Counted from the stretch's first letter, positions 12,105 to 25,969 are shown. The stretch: DNA of 64,000 nucleotides from Eledone cirrhosa (GCA_964016885.1 OZ024757.1:22940001-23004000), one strand, 5' to 3'. Program-made: numbers and translations. The notes: generated from the letters alone by a model not told the origin.

Positions 12105-14066
12105 TACTTGCCTACACTGTCTTTATTGTGTTGTATCAGATGAAAGAATGGTATTTAACTAATGTATTGGTACGCGATGGGGCCCACCCACAGCCCCGGC
12201 GGACAGAATGGAGAAGGCGTTTCCCCGGAGGACAGCAAGGGAGACGCGCTGGAAAAGCCACTCCAACTCGCGGGGCTCACACCTGCGGCTAGCCAGCTCA
12301 GAGCCTATGGCGGTGAGTAAGGAGGTAGCCTTGGGTCCGAGGACACCAGAAGTCTCCACTGCCAGGGGAACGACCGCAAACCTGTTGGAGAGCGACCGGT
12401 ATTTGAGGGGTTTGGCCCCCTCAGCCCGATGTGCAGCAGAACGTGGGTCAGTCGCTGACTGCACCAGGTTGCGGCTGCAGAAAGTGTCGGTGCAAGTGGC
12501 ATCCCAGACGAGGGGTTTGCCACGGCGGAACGGGAAGATGGTCATGCCATCTGGCCTTTTGCCATCCCCTCGATCCAGCCCCACCGGCTCGAGCTGGGAA
12601 GGGAAGCCTGCAGCGTCCTAGCCATGCTTAATGACCTCGTTGAGGGCTGTATGGCATGGAATGCGGCTGGCACTGTGGCGACAGGAAAGCGGGTGCAGGC
12701 CGAAAGAGTCCACAGTGGAACCGCAGCGACATTGGTGTGGCTGGCAGATCCGGAGGCCGAGCCTCAGGGAAACGCCGATTCGCAGGCTATGGTTGTCTAG
12801 CTGCGTGCCAGTGGAGAAGGAGGGCAGAGCATGGAGCCAGGCACCACTGTGGGGTTAGGAGGCTGCACGAAAACAAGCAAGGCGGTGCTGGTCGAGCTGG
12901 CGCGTGAGTCTGTCTGAGGCCAGGCTGCACTGGATGGCATCCCAAGTGCGTTGGGGGGACTTGACGTCAACAGGGGGAGAAGGAGAAGGGACGTCTACTG
13001 GACTAAATCCCAGCCGGTCCCACGTCTCACAGGCGGCCTCACCTTCTCTGAACACAGAGGGTTCTGTTGTGTTTTGAAGAACCCTACTGATGAGGACGCG
13101 GCACGAGGTTACCGACGAAAGATACGCCGGCAAAGCTATGAGATCGGGGACCGGAGGCCTAGGCCGCCATACCTGACCGGTAAAATGGCCTGTTGCCACC
13201 CTATGTCGTCAAACTTGACGTTGCATATCCCCTCGCCTGCTGCTCGGATACAAGTATCGAGGTCAGCGAGGAGAGATGTCTGGGTGTAGCATGGAGCGCT
13301 GCAGAGTGTATAGAGGAGCTTTGGCATGGCGAAGCAGTTCCTCAGCAGAAAGAGAGCTGGGTGGCCGTCAATCAAGCCTAGTCGGCTCATGAGAGTCTGG
13401 AACTGTTGAAGCCTGGACCTGATGGTGGAGCGGATGGCCAGCGGGTGGATCGGTGACCCGAGGAGGAGGACATCCTCTTTGGGGGTCACCTGAACCTGGC
13501 GGAGAATGGACCGCACGTCCAAGACGGAGGCTGCAAAGCTCACAGCATCGAGGCTGACGTTCACCACCTCCGACTTGGCCGAGTTGACCTGGAGGCCGAT
13601 TCCCGCCAGGGCAGGAATCACTGATTGAAGGTCTTGGCAGACCGTCCGTACGGGCCTGCCCAACGTAGCATCATCCAGACCAAACGTTGAGAGGGGCCGT
13701 GATACTCCGGGCGATGTGGTCAATATCAAGGTTGAACAGGAGGGGTCCCAAAGGGTTGCCCTGTTGGACCCCAGTAGCCGAGGGTATGACCGTATCAGCA
13801 GCTAGGAGCATGCTCGGGGCTCCATATGACAGGTAGGCCAGAGGGTAGGCAGAGGGGGCTCGGCTGAGGCAGGCCTCGAGCAGATGACCCCGGCATAAAG
13901 AGTTAAAGGCATTCCTCATGTCAAGCTTGACAATGAGGTGCCTGGAGTCCCTGGATGCCGGTACTGATGGGCAGCTGCTGAAGAACTGCCTGATTGCATG
14001 AGAGGCTCCCTCACAACCACCGGACACGCCGAAACCCAGTTGCACCGGACTAAACTCCTCACCCAT
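12105..14066 (-). mobile_element. 5'-truncated CRE-like non-LTR retrotransposon (RT, Zn finger, restriction-like endonuclease), pseudogenised
   Basis: QLGFGVSGGCE, KLDMRNAFNSL, GVQQGNPLGPLLF, frameshifted LNVW/LDD, GGLGLRS, CRCG..H..SC..H, DGKRPDGMT..LVWDAT; AATAAA before a (TA)n junction. Confidence 0.85.
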
Positions 14067-14091
14067 ATGAACATATTTGTCTGTGTGTGTG

Positions 14092-14130
<39 letters not shown>

Positions 14131-14142
14131 ATAAATGTATGT

Positions 14143-14306
14143 AAAACATGGGCGGAGGTGGTGAGAGCAGACCTCAGATTGCTGAAACTCACCGAGGAGA
14201 TGACGAAGGACCGTGACAAGTGGAGGGCGCTGTGCTGAATAGGACCTGTCCAACCCTTGCAAGCAGGGAAAAAGCGGACGTAAAATGATGATGATGATGA
14301 TGATGA
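14143..14306 (+). mobile_element. RTE LINE 3' end with (GAT)n tail
   Basis: KTWAEVVRADL..; similar to 29596-29760. Confidence 0.85.
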
Positions 14307-14644
14307 GGGAGAGAATGAAAGAGCCATATATAGTATTTTATATGGTGTAAAAGCTATTATTTATATATATATATACACACATACATAAAATATTATATTC
14401 AGTTGAGATACACAATATCCATTTTATATAATAAAATGTTATATCTATTCTCCAATTATAAAATAGTCTGTCATTAAACATAGTATGATTTTGTCATTTA
14501 TATCAAGCTTCAGTTGGTAGCTTACTACTTTTTTATAAACTGTTTCTTAACACAAAAGAGCCAAACTCCCACTGTCAATGCTCCCATCTCTCCCACTCTC
14601 CCAATCTCTCACCATTGTGAGCAAATGGGGGGGGGGGATCACGT

Positions 14645-14872
14645 GACAGCCACCCCACGGCCTCAGTGGACAGAATAGAGAAGGCGTTTCCATGGAGGAT
14701 GGTGAGCGAGATGCACAGGAAGAGTCATTCCAGCCCATGAGGTTCATACCTGCTGGTAGCCAACTCTGTGCTGATGGTGGGGAGCAAAAGAGGTGGCCCT
14801 GGGGCCAAGGACACCAGAAGTCTCTACTGCCCCAGGCTCGGCCGCAAACCTGTTGGAGAGCGACCGATATTT
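14645..14872 (-). mobile_element. Older diverged fragment of the CRE-like endonuclease region
   Basis: Aligns to 12185-12403 (GGACAGAAT..GAAGGCGTTTCC, GGACACCAGAAGTC, CCGCAAACCTGTTGGAGAGCGACCG). Confidence 0.8.
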
Positions 14873-16019
14873 AAAAAGCAGAAGCCATGAGATTTACTGT
14901 AACCAAACAATGGAAACGAAAAGTAAAAGACATTAGAATTACTGGTAGGGGTTTTAACCCTCTTGCTACCATTCTGGCAAAAAACTGCCCCTGTTTCTAA
15001 GGGCAGTGGATTGGTAGAATCATTCGAGTATTAGACAATATCTTTTGTAGCATTTAGTTACAGCTCTTCACATTTTGCTTTTAAATCCCATATCCTTCGC
15101 CTTTCATTCTTCTGGGTTGATAAATTAAAATACTAGTAATTCACTGGGGTCGATTTAATCAACTTTCTCCTCACCCAAATTATGATGGAAGAGTTTTTAG
15201 GTAAATATGGAGATCGATCAACAAGATGCCAAACCTCATTCATTTACCAAGTCGGGTGACACTTGACCAATTGGATCAAGGAAACAATGTTTTCATGGGT
15301 CTTTCCATTGCTGATATTATCTATTGGTCAAAACTCCTGGCAGAAAGAGCAACGTGAAATAAATTTTCTTGCTCGAGGAATCGAACTCACACCCTCATGG
15401 TTGCAAATTCAACTTTATATCCTCTAAGCCACACACTAGGTAAATATAGACACCTTAAAATAAACAGTATCGTAGAAGCAGTGGCAGTTTCAGGTGGTTT
15501 GTCATCAAAAGATTTAAATGCATATTTAGCACATATGCTTATCAGCATGAACAAACTCAACACAACAGCTGAATAAATTGACTGACACCGACATCTCATT
15601 TGTATGAAGAATTACAATCTGAGAGAAATTCATGGACATGCATGTGAATGCTTAAACATGCAGCTGAATTGCATATAGTGTGCAATGATAAATTAGTACA
15701 AGTGTAGAGTGATATGTGCAACAGGATCTACAGAGGACAACAATACATTAGCTTACATGAATGATCATACACAGCAGTGTCAGTTTGATAAAAACATTAT
15801 ATATGCATAGAGAATGGTGGAGGTTGATCATTTATGTTATAGGCAAACAGCTATGTTGGGTTGTCAGCATATTAATCACAATATTGTATGGACATATATA
15901 CACGTGTATGTACATGTGTACATGCATGCATAGATACACATATACACCCACACATACATACATACATACATACCTACATATACACCTACATGCATACATA
16001 TAAAACAAGATTGCTAACC

Positions 16020-16870
16020 TATGGAAAACCATAGGATATGTGACAATCCTCTCCACATTCAAACAAAACCCCAAAAAACTACTCTCCTCCCCAACGAAGA
16101 ATGAAAAATAAAAGAGAAACAATGTTTGGTGACAGTACAACCAGAACGCTTCAATATAAGCTGATCAGCCTCAAACAAGAATTGAGAGCTGTCAGCGAGA
16201 AACCACGATACCAGAAGAGAATAGATGAAAGAAAAATAATTAATAAAATATTCAGCAGAAACAAAACATCAGTCTATAGAGATATGAAGGGCAAAGTAAT
16301 AAATGTGACTGAGGCCCCATCCCAGAGACATAGATTCCTTCTGGAGAAAAAAACGGGGTGAAAAGAAGAATTTCAACCAAGATACAGTGTGGCTAAAAGA
16401 AATCTAAAATAACTACTGCCCTTACACAAAAATATACAAAATAAATTATGATACCCTTGAGAGAGTAATGGGAAAACTGCAGGAAGGGAAGAGACTTGAT
16501 TGTCGGATACTGGTCTAAAAAATTGACATTTTATCAGATGTATGTTATCAGCAAGCTCTCAAGGGAGATGCACATATACCGAGGGTGGGTGTGTGTGTGT
16601 GTGTGGGGGGGGGGGGGGGGTTGACATTAGTACAAACAATATTGGTCCCCAAGAACAAAAGACACCCACATGGCAAAAAACTACCAGCCCATTGTATGCC
16701 AGAACTTAATGTATACAGCCTGCCTGAACCTATTTCACAAAGATCACTGCAAGAGTAATAACATCATCACAGATGACCAAATAGTTGAGAAGAAAGGTGT
16801 TTGGGGGGTTTGGGGGGGGGGTGCTGAACAACTCCTAATGAACAAAGCCATAATGTCAGAGGTACGGCAA
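16020..16870 (+). mobile_element. Degraded R4/Dong-like LINE fragment (pre-RT and RT N-terminal region)
   Basis: LVPK..NYQPIVCQNLMY (NYRPITC-like) and KKGVWG..EQLLMNKAIM motifs with frameshifts. Confidence 0.65.
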
Positions 16871-17625
16871 CATATATTATTATCTAAGTGTGAACGAGCC
16901 CTCAATATATCAGTATTTTGATTAGAAGTGCTTGATATAGTGTATCACTTCTATATACACAGGCCTTGTCAACTGTATTCTGTAATATCTATGGTTGCGG
17001 TTGTGTCAAGACTTTTGGTTTAACCCTTTAGCATTTCTTGTCCTGGCGAGAACCAGCTCAGTTTGAAATGCATCGACGATTGTCCCCCTTGCTTCTGCTG
17101 GACACTGCCAGGTGGTGAAAGCCGCCGGTGCTTGCATAGCTGCGGCTTTCTAAATATTTATTTATAAACATACCGTATTTTTTTAGAAATGCGAAATTCC
17201 ATAACAATATCTGTTACAACACACGAAATAGCTCATCATAGAATGGACACAGCTTCAGTCATTTCCTGACTCACTCAACAATTTAATTAAGTCTGTACTA
17301 TTAAAATTGAAATCTGACCAATTATATATATATGTAAAGATACCAACCATTTTGAATTTGATTTGTAACCTTAGATTTCTAATGACAACATTGCCTGACA
17401 TTTATATTTACCCTCATTGACTACATCTAACTGTAGGTGTACCAGAGAACAAGATATACTAGACACTTCAAGGCAGATTTTGAGAAGGATCTATGTTGTC
17501 ATTGACTACCGTTTCCTTCCTTAAATCATCTCTGTCTCATTTCCTTGCTCTTTCCTTCTCTCTCTCTCTCTCTCTCTCTCTGTCATGTCTTCTCTCCTTG
17601 GGCCTAAAGTAGAAATCATCATTAA

Positions 17626-18100
17626 ACTTTGCCTTTCATCCTTACGGGGTCGATAAAATAAAGTACCAATAATACACTGGAAAAAATTGCTGGCCTTGTG
17701 CCAAAAGTAGAAACAATTATTATTATTATTGATCAAATCCCACCAGGGTAACTTTGCCTTTCATCCTTACGGGGTCGATAAAATAAGGTACCAGTAATAC
17801 ACTGGAAAAAATTGCTGGCCTTGTGCCAAAAGTAGAAACAATTATTATTATTATTGATCAAATCCCACCAGGGTAACTTTGCCTTTCATCCTTACGGGGT
17901 CGATAAAATAAAGTACCAGTAATACACTGGGTTAATTGCTGGCCTTGTGCCAAAAGTAGAAACAATTATTATTATTATTGTTCAAATCCCACCAGGGTAA
18001 CTTTGCCTTTCATCCTTACGGGGTCGATAAAATAAAGTACCAGTAATACACTGGGATAATTGCTGGCCTTGTGCCAAAAGTAGAAACAATTATTTTTATT
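17626..18100 (+). repeat. Four tandem 3' halves (~120 bp) of SINE family B
   Basis: GCCTTTCATCCTTACGGGGTCGATAAAATAAAGTACC..GCTGGCCTTGTGCCAAAAGTAGAAACAATTATT repeated. Confidence 0.9.
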
Positions 18101-18510
18101 GCTTCCCTTTTCACTCAGCCTTTCATAGTTGTTCTGCTGGTATCAGATTATTGCTAGATAGCAAGCTGCCTCCTACAGCCTCTGATATATCTAGCGCCTT
18201 ACACATGGTTCTTGCTATGACAAGCAAACAAGCCTTATGAGAGTCAGGGAATTCAGCCTTATATTCAATTTCTTCGACCAATAATCTAAACCTTTATATG
18301 TATTAATAAATCATCATCATCATCATCACAATCTTCATTGTTTTTATTTCTGCTTTACCATGCTTGCATGTCTACTCAAGATTTACACTGTGTACATCAT
18401 ATTGAGTTTATGTCTACTCTTTTTCTACAGATATATATATATATATATAACCACTGCCAATACTGGAATTGAATAATCCAAACCATAGCGGTATGTCACA
18501 TATCAAATCT

Positions 18511-18577
18511 TATATTTTGTCTGATGAAAACGTACTTAAACACCATTGTACCTTTGAAATATGTATAATAAAATATA
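18511..18577 (+). ncRNA. Minimal type I hammerhead motif in a TA-flanked pLTR-like remnant (about 18450-18621)
   Basis: TATATTTTGT-CTGATGA-(weak stem II)-GAAA-TATGTA-TA/ATAAAATATA; upstream GTATGTCA motif shared with sibling elements. Confidence 0.65.
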
Positions 18578-18621
18578 TATTTTGATTATGAGAATATTTT
18601 TCATTTATTAATATTTTGAAT

Positions 18622-19197
18622 ATCATCATCATCATCATCATCGTTTAACGTCCGCGTTCCATGCTTGCATGGGTTTGGACGGGATTTTTCCCACTCGAGG
18701 CAAGAGTGGTTGTCTTGCTCGCATAGGACTGTCTGGCGGGTTTTCTACAGTTGGATGCCCTTCCTAACACCAACCACATTTACAGTGTGGGGCTGGGAGG
18801 TTTTTACCGTGTTGCCTACACGGCCACTTTACAGCGTGGACTGTCTGGCAGGTTTTCTACAGCTGGATGCCCTTCCTAACACCAACCACATTTACAGTGT
18901 GGGACTGGGACGTTTTTACCGTGTTGCCTACACAGTAACATTTACAGCGTGGACTGTGTGTTTTTGTTTTTTTTCGTGACACCTACACGATCTCATTTGT
19001 TTCGGCCTGGATTTTGTGGCACCAACATAACTTTACATTGAAAGGGGCGGTGTGGATGGGGTGGGGGTGGTGGGACGGGGGTGTATTTTGTTAGAGATGC
19101 CTACTGACTGTAGTAGGTTTTACTTTGTATTTAGGTAACGCGGGTCTTCTCTGTTACTGAGTACCGCCAAAGGTCTCGGTCCAGTGACATTGACTTG
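18622..19197 (-). mobile_element. Second long copy of the RTE-derived chimeric element, with internal duplication
   Basis: Colinear with 613-1066. Confidence 0.8.
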
Positions 19198-19404
19198 TGT
19201 GTGTGTGTGTATATATAGTATTAGAAATGTAAGCTATCGCCGTATTTTGACTAAAGAAATTAAAGAAATTATTTAGCCTGATAGTGGGGTTAAGAACCCT
19301 CGGAGAAATGGAAAAAGATGAGTATTGACGAAGGAGCAGGAACAAATTATGTTTATTCACACGTGAATATTAGCATTGAGTGCTCAAACTTGTATACCAT
19401 TACT

Positions 19405-20185
19405 TTGCCTTCTTATTCCTGACAAGGTCATGGTGGCAGAGTCCTCAAACACTCTTTCCAGTGGGTCCTGTCAGAAGCAACCATCAAGCAACCAAGCAAG
19501 ACCAGCCAAGCTCATGCATGTTATACAACCATCTTGCTCAGGGTCTACTTCTGGGTCTCCTGCCAGTTGGTTTTGCCCGTAAAATCTGTCCGGCGATTCT
19601 TTCCTGAGACATTCTAACCCCATGCCCAAAATATGGGAGCTGTGATCTCTCAATTCAAAGAAGTAGGGGCTCTACCTTGAGTCACTCTCTGATCCCCGAG
19701 TTATGCACTCTATCGAGTAACCTTACTCCAAAGACCCTTCAGAGGAACCCCATTTCGACTGCTTGTATTCACGATCATATTCTTTCGGTCATTACCCAAG
19801 ATTCATGACCATAGGTAAAGGTTGACATGAAAACTGAATTGAAGATAACAAGTTTGGCTTTTACACCTACCTCCCTTCTTCTGATTACTGAATGGTGAAG
19901 CTGGCATACTACTGCACCAGCTCCTGCAATTCTTGCACTTAATTCAGCCTCCTGCCTTCCATCACTCGTGAACACGGCTCCGAGATACTTGAACTTCTCT
20001 ACCTGCTTCAGTGGGACTCCATTCACAGAGTGTACTGCGCAGGCTTCCTTGAGGGGACGAGTGTCTCAGTTTTCACAGCACTGATTTACATTCCAGCCAT
20101 TGCAACACACGGCATCAAACCTGTCGAGTGAAAGCTGCAGATCACCTTCTGTTGAGTTAAGTAACACCATGTTGTCTGAAAATTC
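19405..20185 (-). mobile_element. RTE-clade (Expander/Rex3-like) LINE fragment, RT end to 3' end
   Basis: LKQVEKFKYLG..TFTYGHESWVMTERI..IQAVEMGFL..VEPLLL*IER. Confidence 0.85.
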
Positions 20186-20318
20186 CAGCCGACTGGATAC
20201 CACTTCCAACCCAGCTGCGCTTGTCAATCCTGTTCATGTAAATAATTGTTTCTACTTTTGGCACAAGGCCAGCAATTATTCCAGTGTATTACTGGTACTT
20301 TATTTTATCGACCCCGTA

Positions 20319-20866
20319 AGCACCCAGCCCACACTGTAAAGTGGACGTGTAGGTGCCACGGGAAAAAAAAAAGCACCCAGCCCACACTGTAAAGTGGACG
20401 TGTAGGCTCCACGGAAAAAAAAAAGCACCCAGCCCACACTGTAAAGTGGACGTGTAGGCGCCACGGGAAAAAAAAAAGCACCCAGCCCACACTGTAAAGT
20501 GGACGTGTAGGCACCACGGAAAAAAAAAGCACCCAGCCCACACTGTAAAGTGGACGTGTAGGCACCACGGAAAAAAAAAAGCACCCAGCCCACACTGTAA
20601 AGTGGACGTGTAGGCACCACGGAAAAAAAAAAAGCACCCAGCCCACACTGTAAAGTGGACGTGTAGGCACCACGGAAAAAAAAAAGCACCCAGCCCACAC
20701 TGTAAAGTGGATGTGGAGGCGCCACGAAACAAAAAAGCACCCAGCACTCACTGTAAATGAGGTTGGTGTTAGGAAGGGCATCCAGCTGTAGAAATCAAGC
20801 CAGAATCAGTTCCCGTTCCACCCTTGCAAGCAGGGAAAAGCTGACGTATGATGATGATGATGATGA
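20319..20866 (+). repeat. Seven tandem ~60-bp copies of the SINE A middle domain, followed by the SINE A/RTE tail
   Basis: AAGCACCCAGCCCACACTGTAAAGTGGACGTGTAGGCACCACGG(A)n repeated. Confidence 0.9.
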
Positions 20867-21114
20867 TTTGTGAAGTCTTTCTAGTTTCTGTATAACAGAG
20901 ATGTGACAGAGTGAAGCCATCAGAGAAAGAAGCTGTTAATAACTACACAGAACTGATGCCTGTAAGGCTACACAGGATTAAACCATAGTCATAACAAAAG
21001 CATTCCACTGTTCTGATGTCTTTGATAAGTGGATACAAATGATAGATGCACAAGTATTATCATGGGTCCTTTATATGTCACAGGCTTAGTAGAATAGTAG
21101 AATGGCAGTATGTG

Positions 21115-21146
21115 TGTATATATATATATATACATATAATTATTAT

Positions 21147-21182
<36 letters not shown>

Positions 21183-21484
21183 CTATATATATATATAATT
21201 ATTGTTGTATATATATTGTATATATATTATATATATATAATTATTGTTGTATATATATTATATATATACAATAATTATATATATATATATATATAATATA
21301 TATACAACAATAATTATATATATATATATAATATATATACAATAATTATATATATATATATATATATAATATATATACAATAATAATTATATATATATAT
21401 ATATATATATATAATTATTGTTGTATATATATTGTATATATATTATATATATACATATATATATATATAATATATATACAACAA

Positions 21485-21526
<42 letters not shown>

Positions 21527-21570
21527 TTGTTGTATATATATTATATATATATATATATACACATATATAT
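21115..21570. repeat. (TA)n tract with AATTATTGTTG units in both orientations
   Basis: Direct inspection. Confidence 0.85.
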
Positions 21571-21804
21571 ATAGATAGAGAGAGTAATGTAGTTAATATG
21601 AAGCATTGTGAGATATGTAGTAAAAGGCATAACCTATATATGTATATATACACATATATATACACACACTCCTCCCCTAGTTTTTCTCATTCTTACTACA
21701 CACACACACAACATATATATATATATATAGAAGTGGTTACACAACAGTTAGTTCACCATACCGAGAACAATTGTTCACCTTCGCGGATCTCTCTATATAT
21801 ATAT

Positions 21805-22112
21805 ATCATCATCATTTTACGTGCGCTTTTCCCTGCTTGCAAGGGTGGGACGGGAACTGATTCTGGCTTGATTTCTACAGCTGGATGCCCTTCCTAACAC
21901 CAACCTCATTTGCAGTGAGTGCTGGGTGCTTTTTTGCCATGAATGATAGGGATCCCAGTCCCTATAATCTCATTTCTACATCTGAGTAAACTGGAGCAAT
22001 GTGAAATAAAGTGTCTTGCTCTAGGAAACAACACATCACCCGCTCTGAGAATTGAACTCACAACCTTTCGATTGCAAAGCCAATGCTCTAACCACTAAGC
22101 CATGTGCCTCCA
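21805..22112 (-). mobile_element. SINE family A copy (internal deletion)
   Basis: Reverse complement of 34126-34460. Confidence 0.9.
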
Positions 22113-22554
22113 CTTTACTTATTTATATAACTTTACTTATTTATATAAAATATTGATATTTTTGTTAAATTTTCATTTCTTCACCAAAAACTTGTTTTGT
22201 TTTTTTATCATTTACAGTGAAAGTTTCTAATTCTATTTTCAAAATTTATTTATTTATTTATTTATTTATTTAATGGCTAATGGCGAGGAAGAAAATATTC
22301 TCTGGTAGTCAACCATTTTAATTGAGTGTAAAGCAATAAAACCTATCAATACCATCAACACCGTTCTGGCTCTGCCGTTCTTCCAGAGTGAAAAATCTAC
22401 CCCCACAGGCACTAACTAGTACACAGAGATGTTAAAAGCTATTTAATACCAATATTCACTTCCATATCAAGGTGTGAATATCTCTAATGAAACCCCACCA
22501 CTGCACCTATTAACACAGTCCTGCCATCACCACCACACCACTTTCAAATGGCAG

Positions 22555-22604
<50 letters not shown>

Positions 22605-22763
22605 AATATATAGATATATATTAGATTTGTTAAAATTCTGTGAAGAATGCATGGTTCAATGTATTACCCAAATAACTACAAAGGAAAATATATTTATGAA
22701 AAAATCCAATTTGTAAAAAGAGCTTTTAATGAGACATGTCTGCAATAAATCTGGGTACATCTC

Positions 22764-22864
<101 letters not shown>

Positions 22865-24234
22865 TATTATAAAATATATGCATATTTATATATACATATA
22901 TACATATTCAATAATACATATACACATACACACACACACATACATGCACATATATATGTATTTATGTATGTATTTATGCATGTAGCTTTATATCTCTATC
23001 TCCACCAAACAATCTCACCCTTAATGTGCTGTAATGTTTGATGTGATATTTAAGCATACACTTCAGTGTTTGTGATACTTTTGTGCAAGCAAACTTGGCA
23101 AGAATCTCGTTGTCATTTATGTTTAACATGAGTCGATAATTTTTCTCTCATATCGACTGCATTTACAGGAGGGATTGTAATTAAAGCGACTCTACCTTTG
23201 ATCCTATTTGATTAGAAACTAGTAGAACTGTTTAAAATCACGTATGACAGTTAGAATGTGTGGCTAAGTGGTTAGTATTCTAGACTATTGCTTCTATGAA
23301 ACCTGAAACCAATTCAATTAATACAAAAAGTGTTTTGTGTAAAATATGTAATATTTTCAACCTTTTCATTACTATATTTCTATTGAAATGTCGATGTGTT
23401 TCAATTAATTTTGAAAATAATCAAACAATTTTGTGGAAAAAAATAGAATAAGTGTTTCATTCGTAAATAAGTGTTTTAATATAAGCATAAATATTTTTAA
23501 ATAAGCAGCTTTGTATCATAAATACATGACACTTTCAGTGGTGATGAAAATGGTTAAAGTTACCTAAATATCATCCATTGGGATTTTATGTAAAAACATT
23601 TATTATGTTCCGAACATAACATTAAAAACAAGAAAGATAGTTTTTACTAAATCCTTCTAAATGTTTGGTTATTTTCAAAATTATATTTATTTTTCTTGTT
23701 TGAGATTCTTACATTTTCTAAGAATTAATCCTGTCATTTTTAAAGTGTTTATAAGAATTTATAAACCTCCCATCATACATTTCAGTATGTACATCAAACA
23801 ATTAAATTGATATTTTCTTCTTTACATGAGTTTTAATTACACTTTGCTAATGACTTGAAACTGAAATTTACGTAAATTTGGTAAATGGCTATAGTTTCTA
23901 CATTGTTTTACGGAACCTTGCGTGTTTTACACACCACACGTATATAATTGTTGCCATCATTCTGTGAAAATTTTGTTGAATTCCAGCGAGTAGTTTGTTA
24001 AATACAATTAAAGAAATTCTACATCGTTAATAATTTGTTAAATACAATTAAAGAAATTCTACATCGTTAGAAGTTGTTAAATACAATTAAAGAAATTCTA
24101 CATCGTTAATAATTTGAAATGCTGTGTATGTATATGTAAGAACCTTTGTTAAGTTATAATCCAAGCTCCAACTTAATAATGAGATAGTTAGTTAATCTTC
24201 CCAATTCTTGATTACTTTCAAAATTAATAGAAAA

Positions 24235-24780
24235 TTTCCCAATTCAGAAAAGTTGTGGCTCTACCTGGAATGACTCCCTGATCTCCGATCTATGAGTGAC
24301 ATTACTTCAAAAACCTTTCGAAGGAACTCTATTTTGGCTGCTTGTATTTGTGATGGTATTCTTTCAGTCAGTACCTAAGATTCATGACCATAGGTAAGGG
24401 CTGGGATGAACACCGCATTGAAGATAGCAAGTTTGGCTTTTACACCTATCTCCCTTCATCTGATTACCAAATGCTTAAGCCGGGGCATAACTGCACCAGC
24501 TGCTACAATTCTTGCACTTGATCTAGCCTCCTGACCTCCATCAGTCAGGAATGAATCGCTGGACAGATTTTAGAGTCAAAACCAACAAGCAAGAGACCCA
24601 GGGGTAGTCCTCCAAGCAAGATGGTTGGATAACATCCATGAGCTCGATGGGTCTTGCTTGAGGATCCAGCAAGATTAATAGGAAACAGTTGTTTCTGAGA
24701 GGACCCACTGGAGGGAGTTTGAGGACTCTACCCCACTGAACTTCTCAGGAATAAGTGGGAAAAGAAGAAGTAAAAGAAAA
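24235..24780 (+). mobile_element. RTE (Expander-like) copy with inverted 5' segment
   Basis: About 24235-24550 is antisense (matches 19645-19968); about 24553-24780 is the sense 3' end (matches the reverse complement of 19405-19600). Confidence 0.75.
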
Positions 24781-24867
24781 AATAAGTGTAAATCACAGGT
24801 AGCATGTTTCATTAGAAATATGCTAATAAATTGGTTGAGTTTCTAAGCTATTATTTATAACAATCGA

Positions 24868-25057
24868 GGTGGATTGGCAGTATCGGTAGAGGGTCGGACG
24901 CCATGCTTTCCAGCATAGTTACGTCCCTTTACGATCTGAGTTCAAATCCCACCGAGGTTGACTTTGCCTTTCATCCTTACGGGGTCGATAAAATAAAGTA
25001 CCAGTAATGCACTGGGTAATTGCTGGCCTTGTGCCTAAAGTAAAAACAATTATTTAT
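24868..25057 (+). mobile_element. SINE family B full copy (tRNA-like head, GCCTTTCATCC..GGGGTCGATAAA domain, (ATT)n tail)
   Basis: A-box TGGCAGTATCGG, B-box GTTCAAATC; many near-identical copies in the window. Confidence 0.85.
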
Positions 25058-25969
25058 AACAATCGACTATGTTTGAGGTTATTTTCTCCATTTAGTATTG
25101 CTACATTTTCTAAGAATTTCAAATCTACCTAACACTCCAATAGTTTACAGAAAAATACAGTTACCAGTGGGGCCTTATAGCTGTCAACTGAATGTTCATC
25201 TGCTTTTATTATGCAACCTTCTAAAGCTTACCATGTTTATGCAATAGTTATAAGTTTTCTTTACTGTGCAGCATAAAAGAAAAGTAATTCAATGTGGTGC
25301 CAGTGTTTACAGTGCGGAAAGAATAAGTTTTCGTTGTTGTTGCCACAGCAGTTAGAAGATGCACTCAAGAAGAGACAGTACAATGTTTGCTCGGCATTGC
25401 CATTATCACATCAAAGAAATTATTATTATTATTACTATTATTTTGTTGGGGTGTTTTTAACCAACTGCAAAACTAAATAATAGAGAACTGAAATAAATAA
25501 TTTTCTAAATGTCTTCAAAATGAATTGTCAACATAAAATAATCTCATGAAAGGCATCGTATTCAAGTTGCTTCTTACATCTGAAGTCAAAGCCATTATTT
25601 GTATAGTTCTATATGGAAGCCCAGATACACTACAATACATACTATTTAGCCAAATACACTAACCTCCAAAGTGGAGGTGCATGGCCTAGTGGTAAGGGCA
25701 TTGGTCTTACAATCAGAATGTCATGGGCTCTATTCCTGGACTGGGTTGTGGGTTGTGTGAAGACACAAGGATTAGTTGAAAGGGTGTTGGATTTACAATC
25801 AGAATCATGGGTTCTATTCCTAAACTGGGTTGTGTGAAGACACAGGGACTAGTTGCAAAGGTGTTGGATTTATGATTATAATGTAGGTTCTACTCCTGTG
25901 TTGTGTTGTTGAGCAAAACACCTCATTTCATGTTGCTCATGGAAACTAGTATAAGCACCAACCTGATAA

